Under the pieces are notes generated by a model, which had not been told where the DNA came from, made no database searches, and saw nothing but the letters and a program-made list of their open reading frames with translations. Shown piece by piece: positions 27,501 to 41,800 of a stretch of 64,000 nt of DNA. The stretch spans positions 15,814,029 through 15,878,028 of the forward strand of contig MU054323.1 in NCBI GenBank assembly GCA_013239625.1, written 5' to 3'. This DNA comes from Lama guanicoe (lineage: Eukaryota). The position numbers and the translations under genes are program-made. Each line of letters starts with the position of its first letter. Position 1 is the first letter of the stretch.

Positions 27501-29807
27501 CAAATATCCAGGAGAGGGAGGGAGAACTAGCCCAAATCATCAATGTTAAATAAGATATTCTAATAGGAATACATTTTTTTTAGTAGTCAAGATACCCTTT
27601 GCCTTTTCAGGAAGAACTCACAAAGAACTGTAAACAGAAATACCTTCTTTTAAAAGCTGACTCAATGTTATCATTTCTGGTTAGCCTAATTTAACTATCT
27701 CAGGTTTAACCATGTGAGCCCAGAAAAATAAGTCATATAAAGAAAAAATTTAAAAGTTAACTAAAAATGTCATACTTACTTAATGTATTTGTGTATTTTG
27801 ACTTGCTTGCTTCCTCAAAATATTGAGGCTACTACAATAAATATCTAATGTAGTAAGACTGGGATAGCAACAGCAATAACAAAAATTTGAAAACCCAAAG
27901 TAATAAAGCAATAAAGAAGAAATAAAAGGATGACAGAGCCAAATTTGAAAGTTATTTTTTCCTTATAAAAAACTAATTGGCCATTTACTTCAAAGATTTT
28001 ATAGTTCAAGAAAAGCATAAAGAAAATGAAAATTAATTGCTCAAATGTGTAAAATATGGGAATTCTTCATATTATTTTGCAATAATTATTTTGTAGTTAC
28101 AACAGAAAAAAAATCAACATTTTCTGTATAGGGGAATCTTAAGAAAACCTCTGAAAACTACAGACAGCTGATGTTCTATTTCTTAAGGTAGGTAGTGGGT
28201 ATGTAAGTATTTTTATATAGTCTTTATATGTTTTGCATATATATGAAATGTTTTATAATAGTATGTACCCATTAAAAAGAATCTGTGTGTGCAAATAAAT
28301 ACAGGGTTGCTCTTTAAGCTAAAGTGAAAAAGCAAGGTACAAAATACTGCATGTGTGTGTATACCTCTATGTGTTTTATATACATGTGTTATAGTTTTTA
28401 ACGCAATTGTCAATCTTCAGATTTTTCAAGAACAACTTCATCTATGTAAGACAGAGTAACAATATCTCCTAGAAGTCAAAATAGCAACTGAAAGTAACTG
28501 GCCTGAGTACAAAATAAGAGTAGCAATAAAGTTTTATGGAGTTAAATTATGTATTTTTGTTTTATATATATTTATTTATATACACACACATAGATACATG
28601 AGAAAAACATTTTCAAACACAAAATACTGCACTATACTGCATTCTAGTGGTCTTAGGGTAAACTACAACAGAGTTTACAGGAAAAGGAAGAGAAACTATT
28701 CTATACAGTATATGTAACAAAAATAATAACACACTGTGAATTAACATTTTACGAAAAATTAAAGACAAAATAAGTAAAGAGCTCCTGTGTTTACTATTAG
28801 CTGTGTTTCCTTAAATCAGAGCCTCCCTACTGATCTGTTTTTTGTTTTGTTTCTTTTAATTACACTACTTTATTTTATTTTTATTTTATTGGTAGTGGGG
28901 GAGTAAATTAGGTTTATTTATTTTTTTAATATAGGTACTGAGGACTGAACCCAGGACCTTGTGCATGCTAGGCATGCACCCTACCACTGAGCTATATTCC
29001 GCCCCCTTACTGAACTGTTAAATTCACTGAAAAATAATTTACTCATAGAACTCTCAACTTAGGAACATTCCTTTTGAAGCCCATATGCTGAAATACCTTC
29101 CCACTCATATTGTTTCCCATTGTTTTAACACTTCATCTCACTGTGTTAGCAATTTTCTTGTTCCCTAATCTCTTTCTGTCTAAATCTGACTGCAAGTTAA
29201 ATACCAGACCTCATGTCTAAGAACTCTACATTTGACACACAGTTAGGCCTCCCAATTGGCCTTTACTGGATAAAACAGCATAAAAATTATATAATTATAA
29301 TATATTAAAGAAGCTCTAATACAGCTTTGTTTCAAAGTCTGTTATTATATATAATATACTTGGAATATAAGACAGTGTTCCAATCACATTTTAAGTGTTG
29401 ATGCTAAAAGTAACTTGATTAAATCCAATGAACTGTTATTAAATTCTTATTACATGCCAAGCAATGTACTGGCTGCTGGGAATAATGTGCAGCTTGTAGT
29501 TACTTAAGGGTAGAGGCAAGGAGATGGCCAAGAGACAGAAAGGTAAATAAATATCTATAGCACACTGTAGATAAGAGCTATGAGTTACAGCAAATGTTAT
29601 AGGTAGGAATTCAGATAAGGGATTATCTAATTCTGTCAAAAGTCCTGACAATAGTCAAAGAGAGCTATCAAAAAGAAGATAACATGAGATTTTAGCTAAA
29701 CCTCAAAACCTGTAGTTTTACAATCAGACAAATGGACTGACGAAGAAGGTATTCTGGTCAAAAGGAACATCCAAAAGTGAGAAAAAATATATAGGTAGGT
29801 AGGTAGG

Positions 29808-29838
<31 letters not shown>

Positions 29839-29852
29839 CTAGAAAGGGGCCT

Positions 29853-29885
<33 letters not shown>

Positions 29886-32800
29886 TAGAAAGGGGCCTGG
29901 ATGTAAAAGGTTTTTGCTAAGAAGGACTCTGAAATTAGCTAGATATTTTTAAGCATGGATATCACATCTGTGTTTTAAAAAATGAATCCCATGGATGTTG
30001 AAGATTAATCAGAATAAGGAAATCTATTACAGGCAAGGGGGTCCATTGGGTTTTTACAGTAGTGCAGATACAGGAGAGATGTGGAACAAATGGAAGAAAT
30101 GTTTCAGAATTGTATTTTACACAGTATTTGAGGGTCTTCAGTATACAATTTTCTGAATCAACTTTAGATTATACTCTGCATGTTCCTGGGAAATTATACG
30201 TAGCTTTTTCTCATTTTGTAAGTTTTATCACATCTTAAGAAAGGCTTTGATAAATCCATTGTGAGGTAAGTAATCCTTCTGTAACTCTAATGATTCAGTT
30301 TTACTTAATTTTGGATCTTTCTTACTTAGAAGATCCTTAACACAGCAATTCTAAACTATGAGGCCTATTTAGGTTTTTACAAGTTAAAAGACAAGATGTT
30401 TGAAATTTGCTCTAAAATAGATCAAGATGAAGCAAGACTGACAAGAATGTTAACTGTTGAGGCTCGGAGGTGTATATAAAAGATACTAGTCTTCCTACAT
30501 TAATGTTTGAAATTTTCCTATTAAAAAAGAAACTTTTCAAATTGATTTAAGGCATTAGAAAAATAATTTCAGAGAAAAAAAACAAAAATGTTTAAGAGTT
30601 CTAATCCACAAAGAATTTTTTTATTTCTTAATTTATTACACTTCAATAGTGTCATTACGTCAGGAATAATCGCAAATCATTCCATGAACTTCAAAAGATA
30701 CAAAATCAGAGACACTCCTTTCCAGGAGAACCCTTTAAAGTTAAAAAACAAAACAAGAAAGTCTTCCCTAGACTCAGCCACCAGTTCTTTATCTTCTCTG
30801 TTCTCCAATGTCAAACTACTTGAAAAAATAAACAACTTTGTCTCCACTTTATCTATTCCTCTCACCCCTCTTTCCCCTGTGATCTGGTTTATGTTCCTGC
30901 TGCCTCACTGAAGCTGTTCTGGCAAGGATACCAATGTGCACCTAACCGGCAAATCCAGGACTATTTTCAGTACACAACTTACTCGGTGTCTGTCTGGCAT
31001 CTGCAATTGTGAAAACTCCCACCTTCTTTGGCCTGCTTCCAATATGCTGCTCTCTTCTTCCTTCTCCCCCCTTTTTTGTTGGCTTTCCTTCCTCTGTCTT
31101 TTCCTCCAATATTTCCAACTCCCATGGCTCCTGCTAGTAATTTCTTCCCCTCCCCCAATACTTGCTCTGCTTGTTTCAAAGTTCTTATACCATTACCCAC
31201 AATATTAATGATGCCCAAGTATACATCTCTAGGCATGAGTCTCCCTCTCGTATCTGCTTTTCAATCCTAATTCTTTATTTTTAATTCATTTGGCAATTTT
31301 CAAATTTCTCCCTTAAGCCAAAAACCTGGGAATCATTCTTGAACTATCTTTCTTCCTCATCCTCTATATCAAATCATCTCCAAATGTTATGGCTTCTTTC
31401 TATTTAAAATGTTTCATAGCTGATGCCTCCTCCAGCAGCTACTATGTTATCATTTCTCAGCCTGGACTATTATAATCTTCCTGCCTCTGTTAGTAGATCT
31501 TTCCAGGCTGTCCCCCATATTGAGGTCAGAGTGATCTGCCTAAAATTGATTTCACCCTATTCCATGTTTAAACCTTTCAACTACAACTAAATGCAATATG
31601 TATTCACAGACTAGATCCTGGACCAGGTGGGAAAAAAATCACTACAAAGATTATTACTGGGACATTTGGTGGAAAAAAAATGCTATAAGGTCATCACTGG
31701 AACATATGAATATGGGCTATATTAGATAATAGAACTATACCAACATTAACTTCCTTAATTCAATAATGAGCTGTAATTACTTAAGGGAATGTCCATGCTC
31801 TTAGAAGATATTCCCTTAAATATTTAGGGGCAAAGGGGCATAATGTCTGCAAATAAGTAGCAAATGATTCAGGGGAAAAAAAGTGAGTATTAAGAGAGAA
31901 GAAGATAAAAGTAAACACAGTAAAATGTTGTGAATTGGTGAATCTGGGTAGAAGGGTATATAGTTCTTGCAACTTCTATTAATTTGAGATTACTTTAGAA
32001 GAAAATGGTTTTTAAAACTTCTGACATAAGATAGAAGTCTGAACTCCTTTAGTTAGGCTCTCTATGATCTGAATCTTGCCCAACTCTTCCATTACTGCTT
32101 ATCAAATCACAATCAACATCCTACCTCCAAACACAGCAATCACAAATTTCTGAATACACCAAACTGCTTTGTTCCATGTCAAACATATCCTCTACTTCCT
32201 GAACTTGGCCTCTCTGGCAAACATCTTATTTTTTATGATGCTATTCATGTCTCACCTCCTCTAATTATACCCTCCTTTCTACTTCCACTCCCTCCAGATC
32301 CAAATAACCACTCCCTTCTTTGTGACCCCATGTACCCTGCACAGACTTCCCCCATAGCAACTATCATACTGCGCTGCACTTCTGTGGTTTGCCAGTCTGT
32401 TTCCCGCTACTTTAAGCCCTGAGGGACAAGGATTGTGACTTGTTTTAACTCAATTCCAACACAGTGCTTAATCTGGATAGATGGATTAATGAATGTCAGT
32501 GATAAGGGATACACACATACACACACACACACCATATCCTTGTTTAGTATTTGTATATTTTAATTCTCTGACTTACAAGATAGTATAATATACTGGTAAA
32601 GAGTACAGGCTTCAGAATCAGACAGACCAGAGGGATGTGAACCACAGCTCTACCATAACTCTGCAACTATAAGCAAGTTACTTAGTGTTTAAGCCTCAGG
32701 GCCTGGTACATGGTAATTAATAAATAGTTGCCATTATTAATGTTATTACGTTCTCTCTTTGATTATGCCTATAATTTGGATTGCTTAAAATTGCAAATAT

Positions 32801-35800
32801 TCCCAAATTACATACTTTTAAAACTGCTTTTCTCCCCCTCTATCTTCCCAATAACTTTCAATCAGCCTCTCAAGGAATGAAAAGAACTACTTATTTTTCA
32901 CTGAGAGGTCAATCTGTTTTCAATTTCTTGTGCCATTTAAAAATCCCACATGAAGATGAACACAAGTTCTAATAAAGTTTCATCTATTTCTTGATACTCA
33001 TAAGTATCATCTGCCAAATGTTATTTTATGGTAGTTTTGCGAACAACCCATTCATCAACTTCAAAAAAATGAAAAAAGCATGTAATCAAAAGTGAAGCAA
33101 AGAAGAGAATTTCAGTATCACTCAATGATATTGAATACTGAATATCATTCAATATTGAATACAATATCATGTATTCAATAATCTAAAACAAAGACCTGTC
33201 TTATACTGCTGACAAAAAAATGCAAAGACCATCCATTAAAACAAATAAATTTAATTCATATGAAAACATCCAAAACTCTCATCCATGACCTATTGTCCTT
33301 TACTTGTGACTCAAGTTTAGTTCTTGAATATCTTAGACACTAGCAGAATAGAAAGATAAGACTCATTTCTGGAGAGATAGGCATAGCTGATAGCAAAGGG
33401 TCAAAATACCAGAAAAGTCTATAAAGCGATTCTCAACACAGTCTGTCAGAACAGGTTTTTTTCAATAGAAAACACATGAAATTAAATAATACTAGATGGT
33501 AGGAAAAGGGAGTAAGCATTATAGAAATTTCCTTGACAACTCAAAAAAACAACTTCAATTCCATAAATAAATAGATATTGACAGTTCAGGAAGTACATAC
33601 ATTTCTTAAGAAAGGACAGAGTAGAAGAAAAGATGTTGCTAAAATGTTTAAACTCATATAAATCAGTTTATTGGTCATTGCTACTAAACATTCATAACAA
33701 AATTAAATTTACATAATACAGTTGTTTCTTTTTTTTTTAACTGAAACTTTTTTTTTTACATTTTTTATTGATTCATAATCATTTTACAGTGTTGTGTCAA
33801 ATTCCAGTGTTCAGCACAATTTTTCAGTCATTCATGGACATATACACACTCATTGTCACATTTTTTTCTCTGTGATTTATCATAACATTTTGTGTATATT
33901 TCCCTAATACAGTTGTTTCTAAATGTTTATTACAGATATTATTTCCTGAATTCAAAAGTATAACACTAAAATTTGGATTTGTTTTAGGAATGACAGAAAA
34001 ATTATTCCAATATTACAGAGAATGCTATCTTCCATTTTACTAAATTACCTTTCCTGTTTAAGAGCATACTCCAGCATTTTGATCCTCCTCACAAGATCCT
34101 TCTTCAAATTTTCTTGACCTTTCCTTTCCCCCTGAAGGAAGGCAATCTGAGCCTGAGTAAGGAAAAGAAAGACAAAATTCAGTTTAGACCAAATACATTC
34201 TTTTAAACTCAGCTGAAGAAAGAACTTTTGGAAGACAAAACAACTAGATGTAAAAGCATATCTTTTTACATATCTATCACAAAGTATATAGAAAAGTATG
34301 GATTATAAGGGGGGGAAGTGTTTTTTTCTTTTTTTCAAACAAAAGGACATCTATATATGCATTTTACTTCAGACTAGGGATGTGGCAACACATAGTCTAT
34401 ATTCTCTAAGAGTCTAAAATTTTAAATTTATATACTACTATAAGTGCAGACATATGCAAAGTACAGTATAGTTTACTGAAGGGTTTGTCTTTTAAGGCAT
34501 TGAGGGAGATTCTTCTTTAAAAAGAGTGAAGATGGATAAGCACCATATGACCCACTATTCCATTTCTAGGTATTTATCTGAAGAACATGAAAACACTAAT
34601 ATGAGCCACCATGTTCACTGCAGCATTATTTATAATAGCCAAGATATGGAAACTATCTGTCCATCGAGGGATGAATGGACAATAGAGATGTGGTATATAT
34701 ACACAACTGAATACTACTCAGCCATAAAAAACAATGAAATCCTGTCATTTGCAACAACATAGAAAGGACCTCAGCGGTATCATGCTAAGCAAAACAAGTC
34801 AGATGGATAAAGACCAATACTGTATGATCTCACTCTTATGTGGAATCTTAAACGAAAAAAATAAAGTGAACAAACAAAACAAAACAGAAACAAATTCATA
34901 GATACAAACAAGAAATGAGTGGTTACCAGAGGGGAAAAGGGTTAGGGGTTAGGGTGAAAGGAGTCACCTGTACGGTGATGGATGGTAACCAGCCTAGTGG
35001 TGGTGGTTATTTTGTACCATATACCGATGCTGAACTATAATGCTATATACCTAAAACTTACATACTTTTTTTTTTAAAAAGAGTGAAAGTGGAGAAAGGG
35101 GGTAAAGTCAAATCATGAATTCTTATAACACCCTTGTAAAGTAAGAGTTTCCAGAGCTTCACCAAATCTTAAATTTTATGATGGATTCATTATGTTGAAA
35201 GACTATCCTGGACCTCCCCTACAAGTAAGAAAGAGCTGCTTTTTCTCAATCCCTTTCATCTCACCTTCATTCAGATTTGACATGCAGGGGAAAGAAAGTG
35301 AAAGTTGAGAAAAGGAAAATCTGAGACAATGGCCCTCCATAGGTTCCTGGCCCCTCCCAACAATTACTAAAGGAAAAAACAAAAACAAAAACAAAAACAA
35401 AAACAAAAAAACACTACAATTTAACATGAAACAAACTGTAAAACTCGTGTCTTCAGTAAGACAGAGGGGATAGTAAAGAGCTGTTCTCCAGAATAATTAA
35501 AAAGACATTTAAAATTGAAATAATACTTTCCACTTAAGGAACTAAAACTGTGTTGCACATACTACTTGTTAAAGTAGCTCAGAACACCACTTGGAATAGG
35601 GCAGGAGGTCTATTTAAGGGCCTTCAAAGATAGCTATCAATTTCACTATTCTCACATTCTTTCCCCTCCCATTTCTATTATATTAACCCAGATAATATTA
35701 TTTCTGTTTCTACAGTGCTTTCCACTTAAGCAAGTAAGAATTTACATTTAATGATGACTTTACCACATCCCTAAGGAATTATGGATTATCTAACCAAGGT

Positions 35801-38800
35801 TTAGTGAATAAGCCATTAAACTTACTTCTACTTAGTTTAAACTACACTCATTTCTTTTTTTTCAGTGCCATAATAAACATAAAATCCAACTCACCAAGCT
35901 TCTTCTAATTTTCACAATGTAGGTATTGTCATGTTTTTGTTCTCATTTCAATGAGCTCTTAAAATTTACATTGTAATCATAAGAAGAATTATTTTCATCT
36001 TAATTAAAAATTGGCAAAAATGATTTCAATCGTATAGACAGAGGAAAAGACATCAAATACCGACAACAGCATAAAATGATCATAAAGTCTTTTGAAACTG
36101 TTCTACAATGAGATCATTGTTTTTATAACAGGAGAATAATAATACATGCACTTAAAGCTGACAAAAACAAATGTCCTGTCAAAAGACTATGACAGCCCAA
36201 CTTGTTTGGTCAAACAATGCTTTGGCCTTGAACACACGCTTCAAAATGGCTTTTATAAAAACAATAACCTAATCAGTATAATCATATAACCAAAGTAATA
36301 ATAAAATCAATTATCAATTTCTCTGTTTCTATACCCTTTGGCTAGTTTTGTATTTCTGCCACCATCACTGGTCCTGGGTGATTCTGACACTTCTGCCTAT
36401 AATACTCAAAAAGTCTACTGTGACTCATTCCCCAATCCACCAACTACTTCTTGTATTTCCAGTATATTTGCTTTCCTATTTTCTTATCAATTCACATATT
36501 GGATTAGTTAAGTATTTAAAAAAATAAATCCCAGAAGTGTTTAAAAGAAATACTACAAAGATTAAAAAGAAATACTACAAAATACTACAAATACTACAAA
36601 AAAAATACTACAAAGAAATACTACAAAGGAGGTACTAGAAGAAAACAAACAAAAAGGAGTAATAGAAGTATCTGTGATATTCCTTGGTGATCACAGAATA
36701 ACTCTGTGACATTTCCGCCACAGATGTATAATCTGAAATCAATCACATGAAAACATCAGGCAAACTCAAACTGAGGGACATTTTATATTAACTTTCTTGT
36801 CATCTTCAAAAGCTTTAGGTCATAAAAGTCAATGAAAGACTGTTTCAAATTGAAGGAGATTAAAAAGACATGAAAATCAAATGTAATGAATAATTCTGGA
36901 CAACATTTGGCTATAAAAGAACATTACTGGGACAGCTGTGGGAGGGGGATGGTATAGCTCAAGTGGTAGAGCACATGCTTAGCGTGTGAAAGGTCCTGGG
37001 TTCAATCCCCAGTACCTCCAAAAAAACCCTCAGCTAATAATAAATGAATAAATAAACCTAATGACCTCCCCTCAAAATAAATAAATAAACAAAATATGAA
37101 TGGGGTCTGAGGATTAGATGGTAGTAATATGTAAGTGTTAATTTCTTGATTTTGATAGCTATATGCGGTTATATAGTACTTGTTTACAGGAAACAAACAC
37201 TAAAGTATTTGGTGGGAGGCATCGGGCCATCCGGTTGCCTGGCACCTTGCCCTTAGATGGTTCAGAAAAAGAAATTCTTTGTATTGCCCTTACAACTTTT
37301 CTGTCAATGTGAGATTTTTGTTTTTGAAACAAACACTATGCCAACTTTCTTAAGAAGATAAATTACAAACAACTCAATTTAAAGTCAGCATCACGTATGT
37401 TAGAGAAACCCAAGAAGTAACTACAATTGGGGACAAAACAAGGATTTCTATTTTTCACCACAAATATTTAACATTGTTCTAGACATGGTGGTGAATGCTA
37501 TTAGTCAAGAAAGAAATTTGGGAAAAAAACACTAATTCAAAAAGATACATGCACCCCAATGTTCATAGCAGCACTGTTTACAATAGCCAAGACATGGAAG
37601 CAATCCAAGTGCCCATCAACAGACAAATGGATAAAGAGGTGGAATATATATATATATATTTTTTCACAAACACACACACACAGGAATATTACTCAGACAT
37701 AAACAAGAATGAAATTCTGCCACTTGCTGGAAAGTGAATGGACCTAGAAACTATTATGCTTAATGAAGTTAGTCAGACAGAGAAAGACAAATACTGTATT
37801 ATATCAGTTATATGTGAAACATAAAAAAAATACAAATGAATGTATATGCATAACAGAAATGATACAGAAAACAAACCTGTGGTTACCAAAAGGGAGAAGG
37901 AATAGGGGAGAGACAAACAGAGGAATGGAATTAACAAATACAAACTGTGTATAAAATAGGTAAGCAACAAGGATATATTGTATAGCATGAGGAATTATAG
38001 CCACTATCTTGTAATAACTTATAATAGGGTATAATCCGCAAAAATACTAAATCATCATGCTGTATACCTGGAAATAACATAGCATTGTAAATCAACTATA
38101 CTTCAAAAAAAGAAAGAAGTTTAAAAATAGAAATGAGGAAATAAAATCGTTATTATTTGCAAATGATAATAGTGGATAACTGAAAAATCCAAGGAATTGT
38201 AGTCTATAAACTACTACAAAAATAGTAACAGGAATTTTAGTAAGGTAATTGTATATAAAAATAATAAACTGAAACCCATGGGCTTCTATAAGAACAACCA
38301 GTTAGATGATATAATTAAAGAAAATAATCCCATTTATAATAACAAAAATGATAATATAATTAGAACAAACCTAACTAGAAAAAAATTAGAGCTATGCAAA
38401 GAATATTTTAAATTCCACTAAAGAACACAAAAAAATGACATGAACAAATAAGATTTGTTCTTAAAAAAGAGGATTCTGTATTATATTATTTTATTTCTCC
38501 CTAAATTAATCTTTAAAAATTATGGAAGCCCAATTAAAATAACATTAGTGTTTTTTAAAAACATAATACATGATGATTATAAAGTACATACAGAAAAATA
38601 AACAAGAATAAACAAATTATTTTAAAATATATTATAATTCTATAGTCACTTAAAAAGTACTGATGCATGAACAGGCAAATCTATGGTACAGACAATCCAA
38701 AACCAAACCCTGATGTATAAAGGAATATAGTATAAACTACAGGTGACATTGCACATCAGTGGGATATATGTGGATTATTCAATACCTGCTGATGGACAGC

Positions 38801-41800
38801 CACCTGGAAAATAGTTCTCACATCAAAACAAATGCCAAAAGGATCAAAAAAATTTAAAGGATTCCCAAAATATTAGAAAAAAAGGTAGAGTCTGTTTTTG
38901 TTTTACTAATCTCAGGGTTAGGAATGTCTTTCTGAAAGTATGACAAAACCCAGAGCCATAAAAGACTAATAAAATTTACCTCACATAATAAAATATTTAC
39001 ATATGGTAAATTTAAAAGTTGCTGAAAAACTATCATGAGAAATAAGACAATTCTTTTTTGACAAATGTCAAAAGAAAATCCAAAAGCCACAAATCTGCTT
39101 TTCTTAATGTATTACGAGCACATACCAATCAATAAGATCAAGAACTCAATAGAAAAACAGGACATGTTGATTGAAAGGAAACAAAAAAGGCTCAAACATA
39201 TTAAAAAGATGTTCAATCTCACCTGGAAGAGAAATGCCAATTAACATTGTAATCATATTTCCCCTTTCTATCAGATTAATAAACTCCAATGATTTGATAA
39301 TATAATATGTTGTGGAAAAGACATTTGTATGTCAGCTGTGATAGTATAAATTCATTTCACCACTAGTGTGGACAATTTGGCATTATCTATCAACCCTGTA
39401 AATGCATCTACCTTTACTCAGCGGTTCTAATTCCAGATTTTTATCCTTCAAATATATTTGTACATGTGTGAAATGATATACTGAAAAGACACAGATAAGA
39501 ATGTATGTATAATACAAATGTCCACCTACAGAAAACTGGTTAAACAAATTATAAATACAATTGGAAGAAAATTAGGTCCTGAACTAAGACCTGCAAGAAC
39601 AGAGGAAGAAAAAGTCCATTTTTTTCCATCTATAAACTCTATTCAGAAAGTTAGAAATAAAAGGTCTTAAAACCCATGTTCTTACAGAAGAAAGCTAATT
39701 TCTCTCAACATAAAGACTAAATCCTAGGTAAAGATCCTCCTTAAATATGGCAGCATACTGTTGTCTGAACTGGACTGTTTAATTGCAAAGGCAGGAGGGG
39801 CAAGAAGAGAGACAGAAGGGAAGAAAAGACTGAAATGAAGAATGGAAGGGCAGGAAGAAAGGAGAACAGAAATAAAAAAAAGAAAAATAGAAGGAAAGTG
39901 GGATACATCTATTCAAAGGAATACTGTGCAGTTGTTACAAAGCAGACAGCTCTAAAGATAATGATTCTGAATTATATCTAAGATAGATTAAATAAATAAA
40001 AAGCAAGACAATGTATGTAGTGTGCAACCACTTGGTTTTTTTGGGGGGGAAAGGGTAAACATATTGTTATGCTTCTGTGTGTAGGTAATAACTCTGGAAT
40101 GATTCACAAGTATGCAGTAAGTGTGAATGTCTCCAAACAAAGCAACTGGGTGGCTGGGAGGGAGAGGAATAGGAGTTAAAACTAAACTTCAATGTACATG
40201 CCCCACTTTTATACCTTCTGAATGCTGTATGATAGGCATGTTACTATGCACAAAAGTCTCAACTGAAAATTTTAAAGACATAAAGCCTGACAAAATTCAG
40301 TCACCAGATTTGGCACCAGTATGTGGACTCTGTCCTGGATGTATTTAAATTCATTATTTCTACAAAGGAGAAAAAAGAAGCTCCAAGAGATTAAATGGTG
40401 TATCCCTAAATGGGACAGTATTCTCAACACTGAACCAAGATGATAGTACAAGACCATGAATGAACCACCACTTAGAAACTCAAGGCATTCACTCAATGTA
40501 TAGTCGGGGTATTAGCAACAAAGATATAACAGAAAATGTATGGCACAAAAGGCTCCCTATAGTTCTCCCTGCACATCACTACAACAAAATTCCTTCTGAA
40601 GTAAGAGAGACAGGTCTCTAGTTAGCAAATATATTCCTAGACTCCAATATTCTCCAGCAATATGAAATACTGACGAATTCAGCTATTTACTTTTTTCTTT
40701 TATAGGTATATTTCTCCATGTATCATTAAGCTACAATTTGACTACTTTTTTTTCAGAAATCTTGCCTCAGCCTGCACTAATGTCACCTCAACATTCTCAT
40801 AAATTCTCCTACACTTTCTAGAGTTCCAGGAACAAAACTGAGATTGAGAAATGCAATTGAAATCTTAAGAAAAAATCAGAAAAACTAAAGATTCAATCTG
40901 ATCAAATAGATAAGGTACAAAAATAACTTTTAAGTGTTACAAATAAAATTTGTAAAATTTTAAGTCCTCATTCTTCCATTTATCTGTACAAGTAAACCTA
41001 ATGGTAATAGCACATATTTTTGAAAACTTCAAAATTATCTTCAAGGAAAATGCATGTTAAAAATTTCATAATGCTTTATAAGTTTTTTTACACTACATAC
41101 CTAAAATTACGCCTCCAATTTCCTAACCATTAGAAATTTAAAAAGATAAAAACAACAGTAACTGGATATTTTATAGTTTAAGTCTACATGGTAAATAGAA
41201 AATCTTTATTATTTTCAATTCTAATTTGTCAAAAGAAAACATATAAAGAATATAAATCTGCTGTATTTAAACAGATTTACCTGCATACTCAGGAATATCT
41301 AATAAACAAATTATATTAAGTATATCATTTAGTTTTTTGAAATCATTTAAACTATCTTGTAGTCTAAAATTTTAAAGGGTTAAAATTCAAAACCGAAATC
41401 ATTGAAAAGTATATTCAAAAAGAAAAGTACACAAAATACTAGTTTGGGTTGGACATTTTTTCAGTTGTTTTTCTGTCATCTGCTATGGGAGGAAAGAGCA
41501 CTCACTTTTACAAAAGTCTAAAATAAAGTGCGAGAAAATACCTAATTTAAGGTTCTCACTGTCAACCGAACACAAACTCACAAATAACAAGAGAAATTCG
41601 TGAAAAGTAGAAGTCAATAACGTAGTTTACTTAAGCTAAGGAAGAGCATACAGTGAGGTTTCAATAATCTGCTTTATATCTTAATGTATTCTCTAAACAA
41701 CATCTATTTCCTCTGAAATGTTTTGGATTATATTATTCTCTTACATGTAGGCTGCTAGTTGTTTTTCCCTGGCATACTAAAGACAACATCACCACTTGGC

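Noticed and set aside
34938..34956. Telomere-like ttaggg units
   Set aside because: Only two units, inside the G-rich tract of an L1 3' UTR.
36543..36628. CRISPR-like repeat-spacer array
   Set aside because: Mammalian intron; repeats are about 10 bp with A-rich non-unique spacers and no cas genes.
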